From NCBI GenBank assembly GCA_001919865.1, contig MNIR01000051.1, positions 11,933 to 75,932 on the forward strand: 64,000 nucleotides of DNA, in the 5' to 3' direction. Positions 38,583-47,113 of this stretch are shown here, piece after piece. Position numbers and translations under genes: made by a program. This stretch comes from Gemmatimonadetes bacterium 13_1_20CM_4_69_16 (GTDB lineage: Bacteria; Gemmatimonadota; Gemmatimonadetes; Gemmatimonadales; GWC2-71-9). The notes under the pieces were generated by a model. That model saw nothing but the letters and a program-made list of their open reading frames with translations. It searched no databases and had not been told where the DNA came from. Position 1 is the first letter of the stretch, and the number at the start of each line of letters is the position of its first letter.

Positions 38583-39343
38583 CCCCCGAGCCGCCCCGGT
38601 CCGCGGCCTCGCACGGCGTCGAGGTCATGTTTGCCCAGCCCGCCGTCGTGCAGGGCGGTGGCTACCAGCGCCCCGTCGCACCCCGCGTCCGCGAGGCGCT
38701 CCAGATCCCGCAGCGCGCCGACCCCGCCACCCGCCAAGAGCTCCACGGTCGGATGGGCGCGTCGGATCTCGGCCACGAGGTGAAAGTCCGCGCCGCGCCC
38801 CGTCCCTACGCGCGCCAGGTCGAGCACGAGCAGCGCCGGCACCCCCGCAGCGACAGCCGCGCGTGTCAGCTCGAGCGGCGTCGCACGATGGCGCGCCCCG
38901 GACCGGACGACCGGCGTCCCTCCGCGCAAGTCGAGGCCGAACACGACGCGTGCGCTCCCGATCGCCCGGGCGATCTCTTGCAAGGCGGCGAAGCTCGGCA
39001 GCGTCTCCAGGCCGACCACGACGCGCGCGGCGCCATGCGCGACCGCCTGCTTGGCGGCCACCGGATCGGCGACGCCGCCGTCGACCAGCAACGGACCGGC
39101 CACTGCGGCGAGGGACTCGAGCAGCGCGTGCTGCGGCCGCCCACCCGTGATCGCATCGAGGTCCGCGACGTAGCACTCGTCGCAACCGAGCCGCTCGCGG
39201 AACGCGCCAGCCAGCGCGAGCGCGTCTCCTGCTTCCCGCTCGGGCAGGAGCACCGAGTCGGCGGGCGCGTAGTCGGCCCGGTGGCCGCCGCGCGCCCACA
39301 CCGCGCGCCCCGCCCGGAGGTCGAGCGCGGGAATCACCCGCAC
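38561..39343 (-). CDS. HisA/HisF-family (beta/alpha)8-barrel protein
   Basis: MRVIPALDLRAGRAV...YVADLDAI...VVGLETL...LLVLDLARVGTGRG...LLAGGGV is the HisA/HisF pattern. Such paralogs occur in H4MPT islands. Confidence 0.7.
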   Translation of the reverse strand: MRVIPALDLRAGRAVWARGGHRADYAPADSVLLPEREAGDALALAGAFRERLGCDECYVADLDAITGGRPQHALLESLAAVAGPLLVDGGVADPVAAKQAVAHGAARVVVGLETLPSFAALQEIARAIGSARVVFGLDLRGGTPVVRSGARHRATPLELTRAAVAAGVPALLVLDLARVGTGRGADFHLVAEIRRAHPTVELLAGGGVGALRDLERLADAGCDGALVATALHDGGLGKHDLDAVRGRGPGRLGGHPSASR

Positions 39344-39369
39344 GCCAACGTACCCCGGACGCGCGGCGT

Positions 39370-40401
39370 ATGAAGGGCGTGTTCGGCTGGGACATCGGTG
39401 GCGTCAACACGAAAGTGGCCCGTGCGACGGGCACCCGCGTCGCCGCCACGCGGGTGGTGCCGTACGAGATTCAGCGCGATCCCGCCGCGCTCGCGCCGCT
39501 GCTCGACCGTCTCGCGCGGGAGCTCGGCGCGCAACCCGGCGACGCCCACGCGGTGACCATGACCGCCGAGCTGTCGCAGCTGTTTCGCACCAAGCGCGAG
39601 GGTGTGGCGTTCGTCCTCGAGGCCGTGACGCAGGCCTTTCCGGACGGACTGGTGCGCGTGTACGCGGTCGACGGGCGCTGGCGCACCCCGGACGAGGCGC
39701 GCCGCGACCCGCTCGCCGTGGCGGCCGCCAACTGGGCCGCGACGGCGCGCCTCGTGGCCCGCAGCTTCCCCGATTGCATCCTGATCGACGTGGGCTCCAC
39801 CACCACCGACATCATTCCGGTCGTGGAGGGCGCGCCCGCGGCGATCGGTCGCACCGATCCCGAGCGGCTGTGCGAGGGCGAGCTGATCTACACGGGAGCC
39901 TTGCGCACGCCGGCGGAGGCTATCGCATCCAGCGTTCCGTTCCGGGGACGGCCCAGCGGCGTGTCGGCGGAAGCGTTCGCGCTCGCGGGCGATGTTCACC
40001 TCTGGCGGGGTCAGCTCACGCCTGCGGAGTACTCGGTCCCCACGCCGGACGGGCGCCCCGCCACGCGAGCGTTGGCGGGGGAGCGGCTCGCCCGGGTCGT
40101 GTGCGCCGATCGCGAAATGCTCGATGACGCAGCGATCGGCGCGATCGCCGACGCGCTGTGCGACGCGCAGGTTACCCGCATCGCCGAGGCGGTCACCCGC
40201 GTGTGCCGGCGCCACGCCGCGCTCGCCCTCGCCGTGGTCACCGGCCTCGGTGACTTCCTGGCTCGAGAGGCGGCCCGCCGCGCCGCATTGACGGTCACCC
40301 ATCTCTCGACCTCGCTCGGCCCGGCCGCCCGCCACGCGCCGGCGGCGGCGGTGGCGCTGCTGCTCGCCGGGGAGCTCGCCCGAGAAACGGTGCCCTCATG
40401 A
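39370..40401 (+). CDS. Hydantoinase-A-like 'H4MPT-linked C1 transfer pathway protein' (MfnF-like)
   Basis: FGWDIGGVNTKVA...VTMTAELSQLF...LIDVGSTTTDIIPV matches the pattern of the methylotroph/archaeal family, which I recall as TIGR03123 / MJ0840. Confidence 0.7.
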   Translation: MKGVFGWDIGGVNTKVARATGTRVAATRVVPYEIQRDPAALAPLLDRLARELGAQPGDAHAVTMTAELSQLFRTKREGVAFVLEAVTQAFPDGLVRVYAVDGRWRTPDEARRDPLAVAAANWAATARLVARSFPDCILIDVGSTTTDIIPVVEGAPAAIGRTDPERLCEGELIYTGALRTPAEAIASSVPFRGRPSGVSAEAFALAGDVHLWRGQLTPAEYSVPTPDGRPATRALAGERLARVVCADREMLDDAAIGAIADALCDAQVTRIAEAVTRVCRRHAALALAVVTGLGDFLAREAARRAALTVTHLSTSLGPAARHAPAAAVALLLAGELARETVPS

Positions 40402-41015
40402 CGGACGAGACCCGGGTCGTACACACGGTCGTGAAGGTCGGGGGAGGACTGCTCAGCAGGGCCGGGGCGCTCGATCTCGTCGTCGAGGCGCTGACGGCGT
40501 TCAGCCCGCGGCGCCGCATCGTGATCATCCCCGGCGGCGGACCGTTCGCCGAGGCGGTGCGCACCATGTTCCGGCGGGTGAAGATCGGCGAGGACGCAGC
40601 GCACTGGATGGCCGTGCTCGGCATGGATCAGTACGCCCACGCCCTGGCGTCTCGCCTCCCGGGCGCCGTGCTCGTCGAGCAGCAGTCGGAGGTCGGCGCC
40701 GCGCGCGTGGCCGGGCGGCTCCCCGTACTCGCACCGTACCGCTGGCTCCGGGCGGCCGACCCCCTTCCGCACAGCTGGGAAATCACCAGCGACAGTATCG
40801 CGGCCTGGCTCGCCGGCGCGCTCGGCGCCCGGCGTGTCGTCCTGATCAAACCTGCGGGCGGCGACCCCCGGAAGCTCGTGGACCCCTTCTTCCTGCGGAC
40901 CCTGCCGCCCGGAGTGGAGCACTTCATCATCACCGCGGATGACCTGGGGCAGCTGGACGTGGCGCTAGACGAGGGTGGCGGCAGCGGCCAGGGGCGCCGC
41001 GCGCGCCAGGGCTGA
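40398..41015 (+). CDS. Amino-acid-kinase-family protein (MfnE-like)
   Basis: ATGA overlap. VVKVGGGLL...VIIPGGGPFAEAVR...SDSIAAWLA is the aspartate/glutamate/uridylate kinase fold. It pairs with the preceding gene as in other C1 islands. Confidence 0.65.
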   Translation: MTDETRVVHTVVKVGGGLLSRAGALDLVVEALTAFSPRRRIVIIPGGGPFAEAVRTMFRRVKIGEDAAHWMAVLGMDQYAHALASRLPGAVLVEQQSEVGAARVAGRLPVLAPYRWLRAADPLPHSWEITSDSIAAWLAGALGARRVVLIKPAGGDPRKLVDPFFLRTLPPGVEHFIITADDLGQLDVALDEGGGSGQGRRARQG

Positions 41016-41696
41016 CAGCTCGGCAACGCGGGCGCGCGAGATCCGACCGCTCCGCCCGCCGACGCACGCGGCTCCCCGAACGCCGACGAGGTCGGCTCCG
41101 AGCGCGCGCGCCGCGGCAAAGTCCGGTCCGCCGAGGCTGCCCGCGAGGCACGCGAACAGGCCGGCGTCGTGCGCTGCCGCGATCCACGCACCGACCGTCC
41201 GGGTGTCGAGCAGGGCGAACAGGCCGGCCGGCTTGAACGCCGTGTCGAGCAGCACCCCCGCCGCGTCGGTGTCGGCCGCCAGCGCGACGAGCGGCTCGGG
41301 AGCGAGGCTGTGCGCGCGCGCCCAGTCGGCGTATGCGACCAGCACCACCCGCGTGCCCTCCCCTTCCCTCTCCCCCGCCCCCCGGCGTGCTGCCTCCGCT
41401 CGGCGGCGCGCCTGCGACACGGTGGGGGCAGCGCGGAACCCCACCTTTACGAATGCCGCTCCGCGCCGCGCGGCCGCGCGGGCGCGCCGCTCGATCAGCG
41501 TCGGGGGCCCTTCGTCCCCGAGCGCCGCGCTCACAGGGCGGCCCGCCCCGACCGCGGTGCAGATAGTGCCCAGCACCACCTGTCGCACGGCACCCAAGGC
41601 GCCCTGGCGCGGGTCCTTCGCGTCGATCACGTCCGCGCCGCCGAGCAGCGCGGCATGCGCTTCAGAGGCATCGGCGACGCTGACGAGAAGCTGCAT
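40965..41696 (-). CDS. mfnB: (5-formylfuran-3-yl)methyl phosphate synthase (methanofuran biosynthesis)
   Basis: MQLLVSVADASEAHAALLGGADVIDAKDPRQGALGA...FVKVGF is the MfnB (DUF556) N-terminal signature. Confidence 0.75.
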   Translation of the reverse strand: MQLLVSVADASEAHAALLGGADVIDAKDPRQGALGAVRQVVLGTICTAVGAGRPVSAALGDEGPPTLIERRARAAARRGAAFVKVGFRAAPTVSQARRRAEAARRGAGEREGEGTRVVLVAYADWARAHSLAPEPLVALAADTDAAGVLLDTAFKPAGLFALLDTRTVGAWIAAAHDAGLFACLAGSLGGPDFAAARALGADLVGVRGAACVGGRSGRISRARVAELSALARAAPLAAAATLV

Positions 41697-41756
41697 GACG
41701 CGCGCTCCCTTGTGGGTGTCGCAAAGTCGCCGATAGGTTAGGCTTCCGGAGACCCG

Positions 41757-42584
41757 ATGTCAAAACGACAACTGGAGGGAGCGGTGGAAACGGCGCCGCC
41801 TGGCGCGGCGTTCGACGCCGCTGAACCGACTCTCATCGGAAAAGTGGTGCTCGTCACCGGCGCCTCGAGCGGCATCGGCCGCGCGATCGCGGTTGCCTGC
41901 GCGGCCGCCGGGGCCGATGTAGCCCTGACCTACCGCGCGAACCGCACGGGGGCCGACGAGACCGCCCAGCGCGTCCGCTCGCAGGGCCGCCGCGCCGAGC
42001 TGCTGCCGGTGGACCTGACCGAGACGCGGGACCTCGAGGCTCTGGCCGCCCTCGTACGCGGGGCCCTCGGCCGGGTGGACGTATGGGTGAACAACGCCGG
42101 CGCCGACATCCTGACGGGAGCAGCGGCCCGGCTCAGCTGGGTCGAGAAGCTGGACCGACTGCTCGCCGTGGACTTACGCGGGACGGTGCTCGCCTCCTGG
42201 AAGGCGGTCGAACTGATGCGGGCCCAGCCGCCCGGCGGCGTGATCCTGAACCTGGCGTGGGACCACGTGCTCACGGGGGGGATGAAGGGCGGGTACGCCG
42301 AGGTGTTCTGCGCCGCCAAAGGCGGGGTGTACTCGTTCAGCCGCGCGCTCGCTCACTCGGTGGCGCCCCACATCCGCGTGAACGTGCTCGGGCCCGGTTG
42401 GATCGAGACGGCCTACGGGGACGAGCTCGATCCCACGGTGAAGCAGCGCATCGCGCGGTCGATCCCGCTCGAGCGCTGGGGCACGCCCGAGGACATCGCG
42501 CACGCAGCCGTGTACCTCGCCTCCGACGCCGCGTCCTACGTCACCGGGCAAATGTTGATGATCAACGGCGGGGCCGTCATCTAA
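41757..42584 (+). CDS. Short-chain dehydrogenase/reductase with an atypical catalytic region
   Basis: TGASSGIGRAI and NNAG motifs are present. Where S...YxxxK is expected, the sequence reads LNLAWDHV...GGYAEVFCAAKGG. Confidence 0.75.
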   Translation: MSKRQLEGAVETAPPGAAFDAAEPTLIGKVVLVTGASSGIGRAIAVACAAAGADVALTYRANRTGADETAQRVRSQGRRAELLPVDLTETRDLEALAALVRGALGRVDVWVNNAGADILTGAAARLSWVEKLDRLLAVDLRGTVLASWKAVELMRAQPPGGVILNLAWDHVLTGGMKGGYAEVFCAAKGGVYSFSRALAHSVAPHIRVNVLGPGWIETAYGDELDPTVKQRIARSIPLERWGTPEDIAHAAVYLASDAASYVTGQMLMINGGAVI

Positions 42585-42605
42585 GGCCCCGATAAGGAGA
42601 CTCGT

Positions 42606-42965
42606 ATGGCGCAGAAAGACCCGACCTACAACGAGACCCAGATCGCGCAAAAGCTGCAGGACCTCCCGGGATGGTGGTACGAAGACGGCTGGATCCGCCG
42701 CAACTACAAGACGGACGGTTGGCCCACCACGCTGATGCTCGTGAACGCCATCGGCTACATCGCCGAAGCCGCGTACCACCACCCCGATCTCGCCGTCACG
42801 TGGGGTCGAGTGATCGTGAAGCTCCAGAACCACGCGGCCGGCGGAATCACGGACAAAGACTTCGAGCTAGCGAAGCAGCTCGAGGAGTCGGTGCTGTGGC
42901 GGCCGAAGGGCGGCGCGCTCGAGGGGACGCCGAACAAGTTCGTGCGGTCGGGCGACCCGCGGTGA
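42606..42965 (+). CDS. Pterin-4a-carbinolamine dehydratase
   Basis: 119 aa. LPGWWYEDGWIRRNYKTDGWPTTLMLVNAIGYIAEAAYHHPDLAVTWGRVIVKLQNH is the PCD signature (HHPD). Confidence 0.85.
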   Translation: MAQKDPTYNETQIAQKLQDLPGWWYEDGWIRRNYKTDGWPTTLMLVNAIGYIAEAAYHHPDLAVTWGRVIVKLQNHAAGGITDKDFELAKQLEESVLWRPKGGALEGTPNKFVRSGDPR

Positions 42966-44401
42966 CGTCCGCTCCGGCGGACGCCGGACCCCAGCGGGTG
43001 CTGTTCGTGACCGGAAAGCTCGCCGAGCCGGCGCTGCGCCGGACGCTCACCGACATGGCGCCGGCATTCGCCCACGAGGTGGCCGTCATGAAGATCACCG
43101 TGGCCGCCTTGATGACCACGCCGTGGATCGCGCGCTTCCTCGACGTGCCGGCGGGCACGGATCTCGTCCTGATCCCCGGCCTGTGCGAGGGCGACGTCGC
43201 CGTCATCGCGGAGAAGGTCGGAACCCGCGTGGAGAAGGGGCCCAAGGACTTGCGCCAGATCCCCGAGTATTTCGGCCGCGCGGCGGCGACTCGTGCGTAC
43301 GGGGCGTCCGACATCGAAATCGTCGCCGAGGTGAACAACGCCCCCCGGTTGGCACGTGAGGCGCTGCGGCGTGAGGCCGAGCACTACCGCGCCAGCGGCG
43401 CCGACATCATCGACGTCGGCTGCACACCGGGCCGCGAGTTTCCCGAGCTCGCGGGCGTGGTGCGCGAGCTGGTGGGCGGGGGGATGCGAGTGAGCATCGA
43501 CTCGTTTGACCCGAGCGAGATTCGCACCGCCGTGGCGGCCGGTGCCGAGCTCGTCCTCTCCGTCAACCGGTCGAACCTCGACGTGGCGCGTGACTTCGCG
43601 CGCACCAAGACGCGCGTCGTCGTGATCCCCGATTTCGGGCAGGGCATCGAGACCCTCGAGCCGAGCGTGGAGGCGCTCGAGCAGTGGGGGGTGTCGTACC
43701 TGATCGACCCCGTCGTCGAGCCGATCGGGTTCGGCTTCTTCGCCTCGCTGGAGCGCTTCGCCGCGGTGCGCCGCCGTCACCCCGCCGCGGCCCTGTTCAT
43801 GGGCATCGGGAACATCACCGAGCTCACCGCCGCCGACACGACGGGAGTGAACGCCCTCCTGATCGCCATCTGTCAGGAGCTGGGCGTGCGGGCAGTCCTC
43901 ACCACCGAGGTGATCCCCTGGGCCCGCGGCGTGGTGCGCGAAGTGGACCTCGCGCGCCGTCTCATGTACCACGCCGTCACCCAGAAGACGCTTCCCAAGG
44001 GCGTGGACGACCGGCTCGTCACGCTCAAGGATCCCACGATCCTGGCCTACGGCGAAGCCGAGCTGCGCGAGCTGCAGGCGCGCGTGACCGATCCCAACTT
44101 CCGCATCTTCGCCGACCGCGAGGTGATCACCGTTTTCAACCACGAGATCTTCCTGCGCGGAACGGATATCCACGAGATCTTCGCCGGGCTCGGCGTGGAC
44201 CAGGCGAGCCACGCCTTTTACCTCGGCCGTGAGCTCATGAAAGCAAAGCTCGCCCTCACGCTGGGCAAGAACTACCGCCAGGAGGGGGCGCTGCAGTGGG
44301 GCTACCTCACGCCCCCGGACGACCGCGGCCCCGAGCACGTAAAGCTCACGCAGCGGTCCACACGATCCCGCGAGCGCCGCAACGCAAAGGGCGGCACGTG
44401 A
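42962..44401 (+). CDS. Dihydropteroate-synthase-like protein (H4MPT pterin-arylamine condensing enzyme type) with an N-terminal extra domain
   Basis: GTGA overlap. Pterin-binding barrel text (ADIIDVGCTPG...MRVSIDSFDP...LVLSVN...FMGIGNITELT) preceded by about 110 aa (RVLFVTGKLAEPALR...). Confidence 0.7.
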   Translation: MTSAPADAGPQRVLFVTGKLAEPALRRTLTDMAPAFAHEVAVMKITVAALMTTPWIARFLDVPAGTDLVLIPGLCEGDVAVIAEKVGTRVEKGPKDLRQIPEYFGRAAATRAYGASDIEIVAEVNNAPRLAREALRREAEHYRASGADIIDVGCTPGREFPELAGVVRELVGGGMRVSIDSFDPSEIRTAVAAGAELVLSVNRSNLDVARDFARTKTRVVVIPDFGQGIETLEPSVEALEQWGVSYLIDPVVEPIGFGFFASLERFAAVRRRHPAAALFMGIGNITELTAADTTGVNALLIAICQELGVRAVLTTEVIPWARGVVREVDLARRLMYHAVTQKTLPKGVDDRLVTLKDPTILAYGEAELRELQARVTDPNFRIFADREVITVFNHEIFLRGTDIHEIFAGLGVDQASHAFYLGRELMKAKLALTLGKNYRQEGALQWGYLTPPDDRGPEHVKLTQRSTRSRERRNAKGGT

Positions 44402-45882
44402 CCGACCCCGCGCCCGTCGCCGAACAGCTCATTCCCGCCCCCGACTCGGTGGACGTGTGCGCGCGGTTCGCGGACCTGCCGTACGTGGTGTTTCTCGACA
44501 GCGCCACACAGGCCGGGCAGGTCGGCCGGTACTCCTTCCTCGTCGCCGATCCCGCGACGGTCGTGCGTTCCAAGGGCGTCCTCACGCAACAGCTCGACGG
44601 CACGGGCTGGACCCGCGTCGCCGCCGATCCGCTCACCCATGTCCGCACCCTGCTAGCGCCGTTCGCGTGTGAGCCGCTCGCCGATATCCCGCCGTTCCAA
44701 GGCGGGGCGGCGGGCTACGTGGGCTACGATTGGGGGGCGCAGCTCGAGCGCATCCCTCACCCGCGGTACGACGATCTCGCGATTCCCGACGTGATGCTCG
44801 GCGTGTACGACTGGGTCATCGCGTGGGATCACGCCGCCGGGAGCGCCTGGGTGATCTCAACGGGCATCCCTGAGCAGGGCGCGGCGCGCAACCGGCGGGC
44901 GGTGAGCCGACTGGCGTTCGTGAAGCAGCGGCTCGCGGGTGGGCGGCCCAGCGACCAGGGCGCCTGGGGCCTCCCCGAACGACTGCGCAGCTTTGTCGCG
45001 CAGGGAGACCCCCGGCGTCCGGACCGTCACACCGCTCCCTCCTACCCCGTCCCCGACGTGCCCGGGCTGCGCTCGAACTTCACTCGTGCCGGCTACCTCG
45101 ACGCGGTTGCGCGGGTCATCGAGTACGTCCACGCCGGCGACATCTTTCAGGCGAATCTCTCGCAGCGACTCGAGGCGCCGCTCGCAGGGCCGCCGTTCGA
45201 GCTGTACCGCCGGCTGCGGCTGCGCAATCCCGCGCCCTTCGCCGCCTACCTCGATTTCGGCGAGTTCGTCGTCGCGAGCTCTTCGCCCGAGCGCTTCCTG
45301 CACGTCGACTGCGACCGCCGCGTCGAGACGCGCCCGATCAAGGGGACCCGACCGCGCGGCGTCGGTCCGGAGCACGACGCGGCGCTCGCGTTGGCGCTCG
45401 CCGAAAGCGACAAGGACAGGGCCGAGAACGTGATGATCGTGGACCTGCTACGGAACGACCTCTCACGCGTGTGTCGGGTGGGCAGCGTGGGCGTGCCCGA
45501 GTTGTTCGCGCTCGAGCACTACCAAACGGTGCACCACCTCGTCTCCACCGTGGTGGGCGAGCTCGCCCCGGAGCACGATGCGCTGGACCTGGTGCGCGCG
45601 GCGTTCCCCGGCGGGTCCATCACCGGCGCGCCCAAAGTGCGGGCGATGCAGATCATCGCCGAGCTCGAGCCGACCCGGCGCGCCGTGTACTGCGGCTCCA
45701 TCGGCTATTGGAGCGTCACCGGGGCGCTCGATACGAGCATCGTGATTCGGACCTATCTGGTGCTCGGGGGCGACGTGTACTTTCAGGCCGGCGGCGGCAT
45801 CGTAGCCGATTCCGACCCCGAGCAGGAGTACCGTGAGACCCTCGATAAGGCCCGCGGCCTGATCGCCGCCCTGGCGCCATGA
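44398..45882 (+). CDS. pabB: Aminodeoxychorismate synthase component I
   Basis: GTGA overlap. Chorismate-binding enzyme motifs (SSPERFL, IKGTRPRG, MIVDLLRNDL, FPGGSITGAPK, GGGIVADSDPEQEY). Confidence 0.85.
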   Translation: MTDPAPVAEQLIPAPDSVDVCARFADLPYVVFLDSATQAGQVGRYSFLVADPATVVRSKGVLTQQLDGTGWTRVAADPLTHVRTLLAPFACEPLADIPPFQGGAAGYVGYDWGAQLERIPHPRYDDLAIPDVMLGVYDWVIAWDHAAGSAWVISTGIPEQGAARNRRAVSRLAFVKQRLAGGRPSDQGAWGLPERLRSFVAQGDPRRPDRHTAPSYPVPDVPGLRSNFTRAGYLDAVARVIEYVHAGDIFQANLSQRLEAPLAGPPFELYRRLRLRNPAPFAAYLDFGEFVVASSSPERFLHVDCDRRVETRPIKGTRPRGVGPEHDAALALALAESDKDRAENVMIVDLLRNDLSRVCRVGSVGVPELFALEHYQTVHHLVSTVVGELAPEHDALDLVRAAFPGGSITGAPKVRAMQIIAELEPTRRAVYCGSIGYWSVTGALDTSIVIRTYLVLGGDVYFQAGGGIVADSDPEQEYRETLDKARGLIAALAP

Positions 45883-46541
45883 TCCTGCTGATCGACAACT
45901 ACGACTCCTTCGTCTACAACCTGGCGCGGTACGTGCGCGAGCTGGGGGAGGAGACCGTGGTCCGACGCCACGACACCACGACGCCCGAGGAAATCGAGGC
46001 GCTCCGACCCTCCCATATCATCATCTCGCCCGGACCGTGCTCGCCCGGCGAGGCCGGTATTTCGACCGAGGTAGTGCGCCGCTTCGGCCCGGCGACCCCC
46101 ATCCTCGGGGTCTGCCTCGGCCACCAGTGCATCGGCGCCGCCTACGGCGCCGCGATCGTACGGGCGGCGCGGCCGGTCCACGGCAAGGCATCGCGCATTC
46201 ATCACGACGGCCGCGGCATCTTCACCGGCCTGCCGACCCCGTTCCAGGCCGCCCGCTATCACTCCCTCGTCGTCGCCCGGACGGGCCTGCCTGCGGAGCT
46301 GCGCGTCACGGCCACGGCCGAAGACGGCGAGATCATGGCGATCGAGCACCGCCAGCACCGCGTGATCGGCCTCCAGTTTCACCCGGAATCGGTGCTCACC
46401 GAGCACGGCTACGCCCTGCTCGACCGGTTCCTCCACCCGGACACGACCCGGGCGGAGACCCTCCCCGACCGCGCCGACGGCGCGCGCGCACGGCCTCGGA
46501 CGCCGGGCTTCGTCCCGCCGCCTGCGGCGTTGGTCCGGTGA
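45879..46541 (+). CDS. pabA: Aminodeoxychorismate/anthranilate synthase component II (glutamine amidotransferase)
   Basis: ATGA overlap. MILLIDNYDSFVYNL, ISPGPCSP, GVCLGHQ and QFHPES motifs. Confidence 0.88.
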   Translation: MILLIDNYDSFVYNLARYVRELGEETVVRRHDTTTPEEIEALRPSHIIISPGPCSPGEAGISTEVVRRFGPATPILGVCLGHQCIGAAYGAAIVRAARPVHGKASRIHHDGRGIFTGLPTPFQAARYHSLVVARTGLPAELRVTATAEDGEIMAIEHRQHRVIGLQFHPESVLTEHGYALLDRFLHPDTTRAETLPDRADGARARPRTPGFVPPPAALVR

Positions 46542-47113
46542 TCATCGAATCGATCCTCACCACGCTCGACGCCCTCGGGACGGCCAACTTCGCCCCTATG
46601 GGCGTCGAGTGGGGCGAGCGAGAGATCGTCATCAAGCCGTTCGTCGAAACCACCACGTTCCACAACCTGCGTGACACCGGGGCGGCGGTGGTGAACCTGA
46701 CCGACGACGTCATGCTGTTCGCGCGCGGCGCGATCTCGACCGCTCGATTTCCCACGCTCCCCGCGGCGGTGGTGCCGGGCGTCGTGCTCGAAGCCGCCTG
46801 CTCGTGGAGGGAAGTCGAGGTCCGGTCGCTCGACGCCACGCCACCACGGGCGCGCATCGTGACGGCCGTGGCGCACCAGGGGTTCCGGCGTGAATTTCTC
46901 GGCTTCAACCGGGCGCGGCACGCCGTGCTCGAGGCGGCGATCCTCGCGACCCGCACGCACCTCCTGCCGGCCGGGCAGATCCGCGACGAGTTCGCGCGGC
47001 TGCAGGTGATCGTGGACAAGACGGCCGGTCCCCGGGAGCGCGAGGCGATGGCGCTGCTCACCGAGTACGTGCGCACCGCGCCCGCAGGGCGGCCCGAGCC
47101 CGCGCCGCGATGA
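46538..47113 (+). CDS. DUF447-family protein (FMN-binding split-barrel-like)
   Basis: GTGA overlap. IIESILTTLDALGTANFAPMGVEW...TTFHNLRDTGAAVVNLTDD resembles the DUF447 proteins of H4MPT islands. Confidence 0.6.
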   Translation: MIIESILTTLDALGTANFAPMGVEWGEREIVIKPFVETTTFHNLRDTGAAVVNLTDDVMLFARGAISTARFPTLPAAVVPGVVLEAACSWREVEVRSLDATPPRARIVTAVAHQGFRREFLGFNRARHAVLEAAILATRTHLLPAGQIRDEFARLQVIVDKTAGPREREAMALLTEYVRTAPAGRPEPAPR

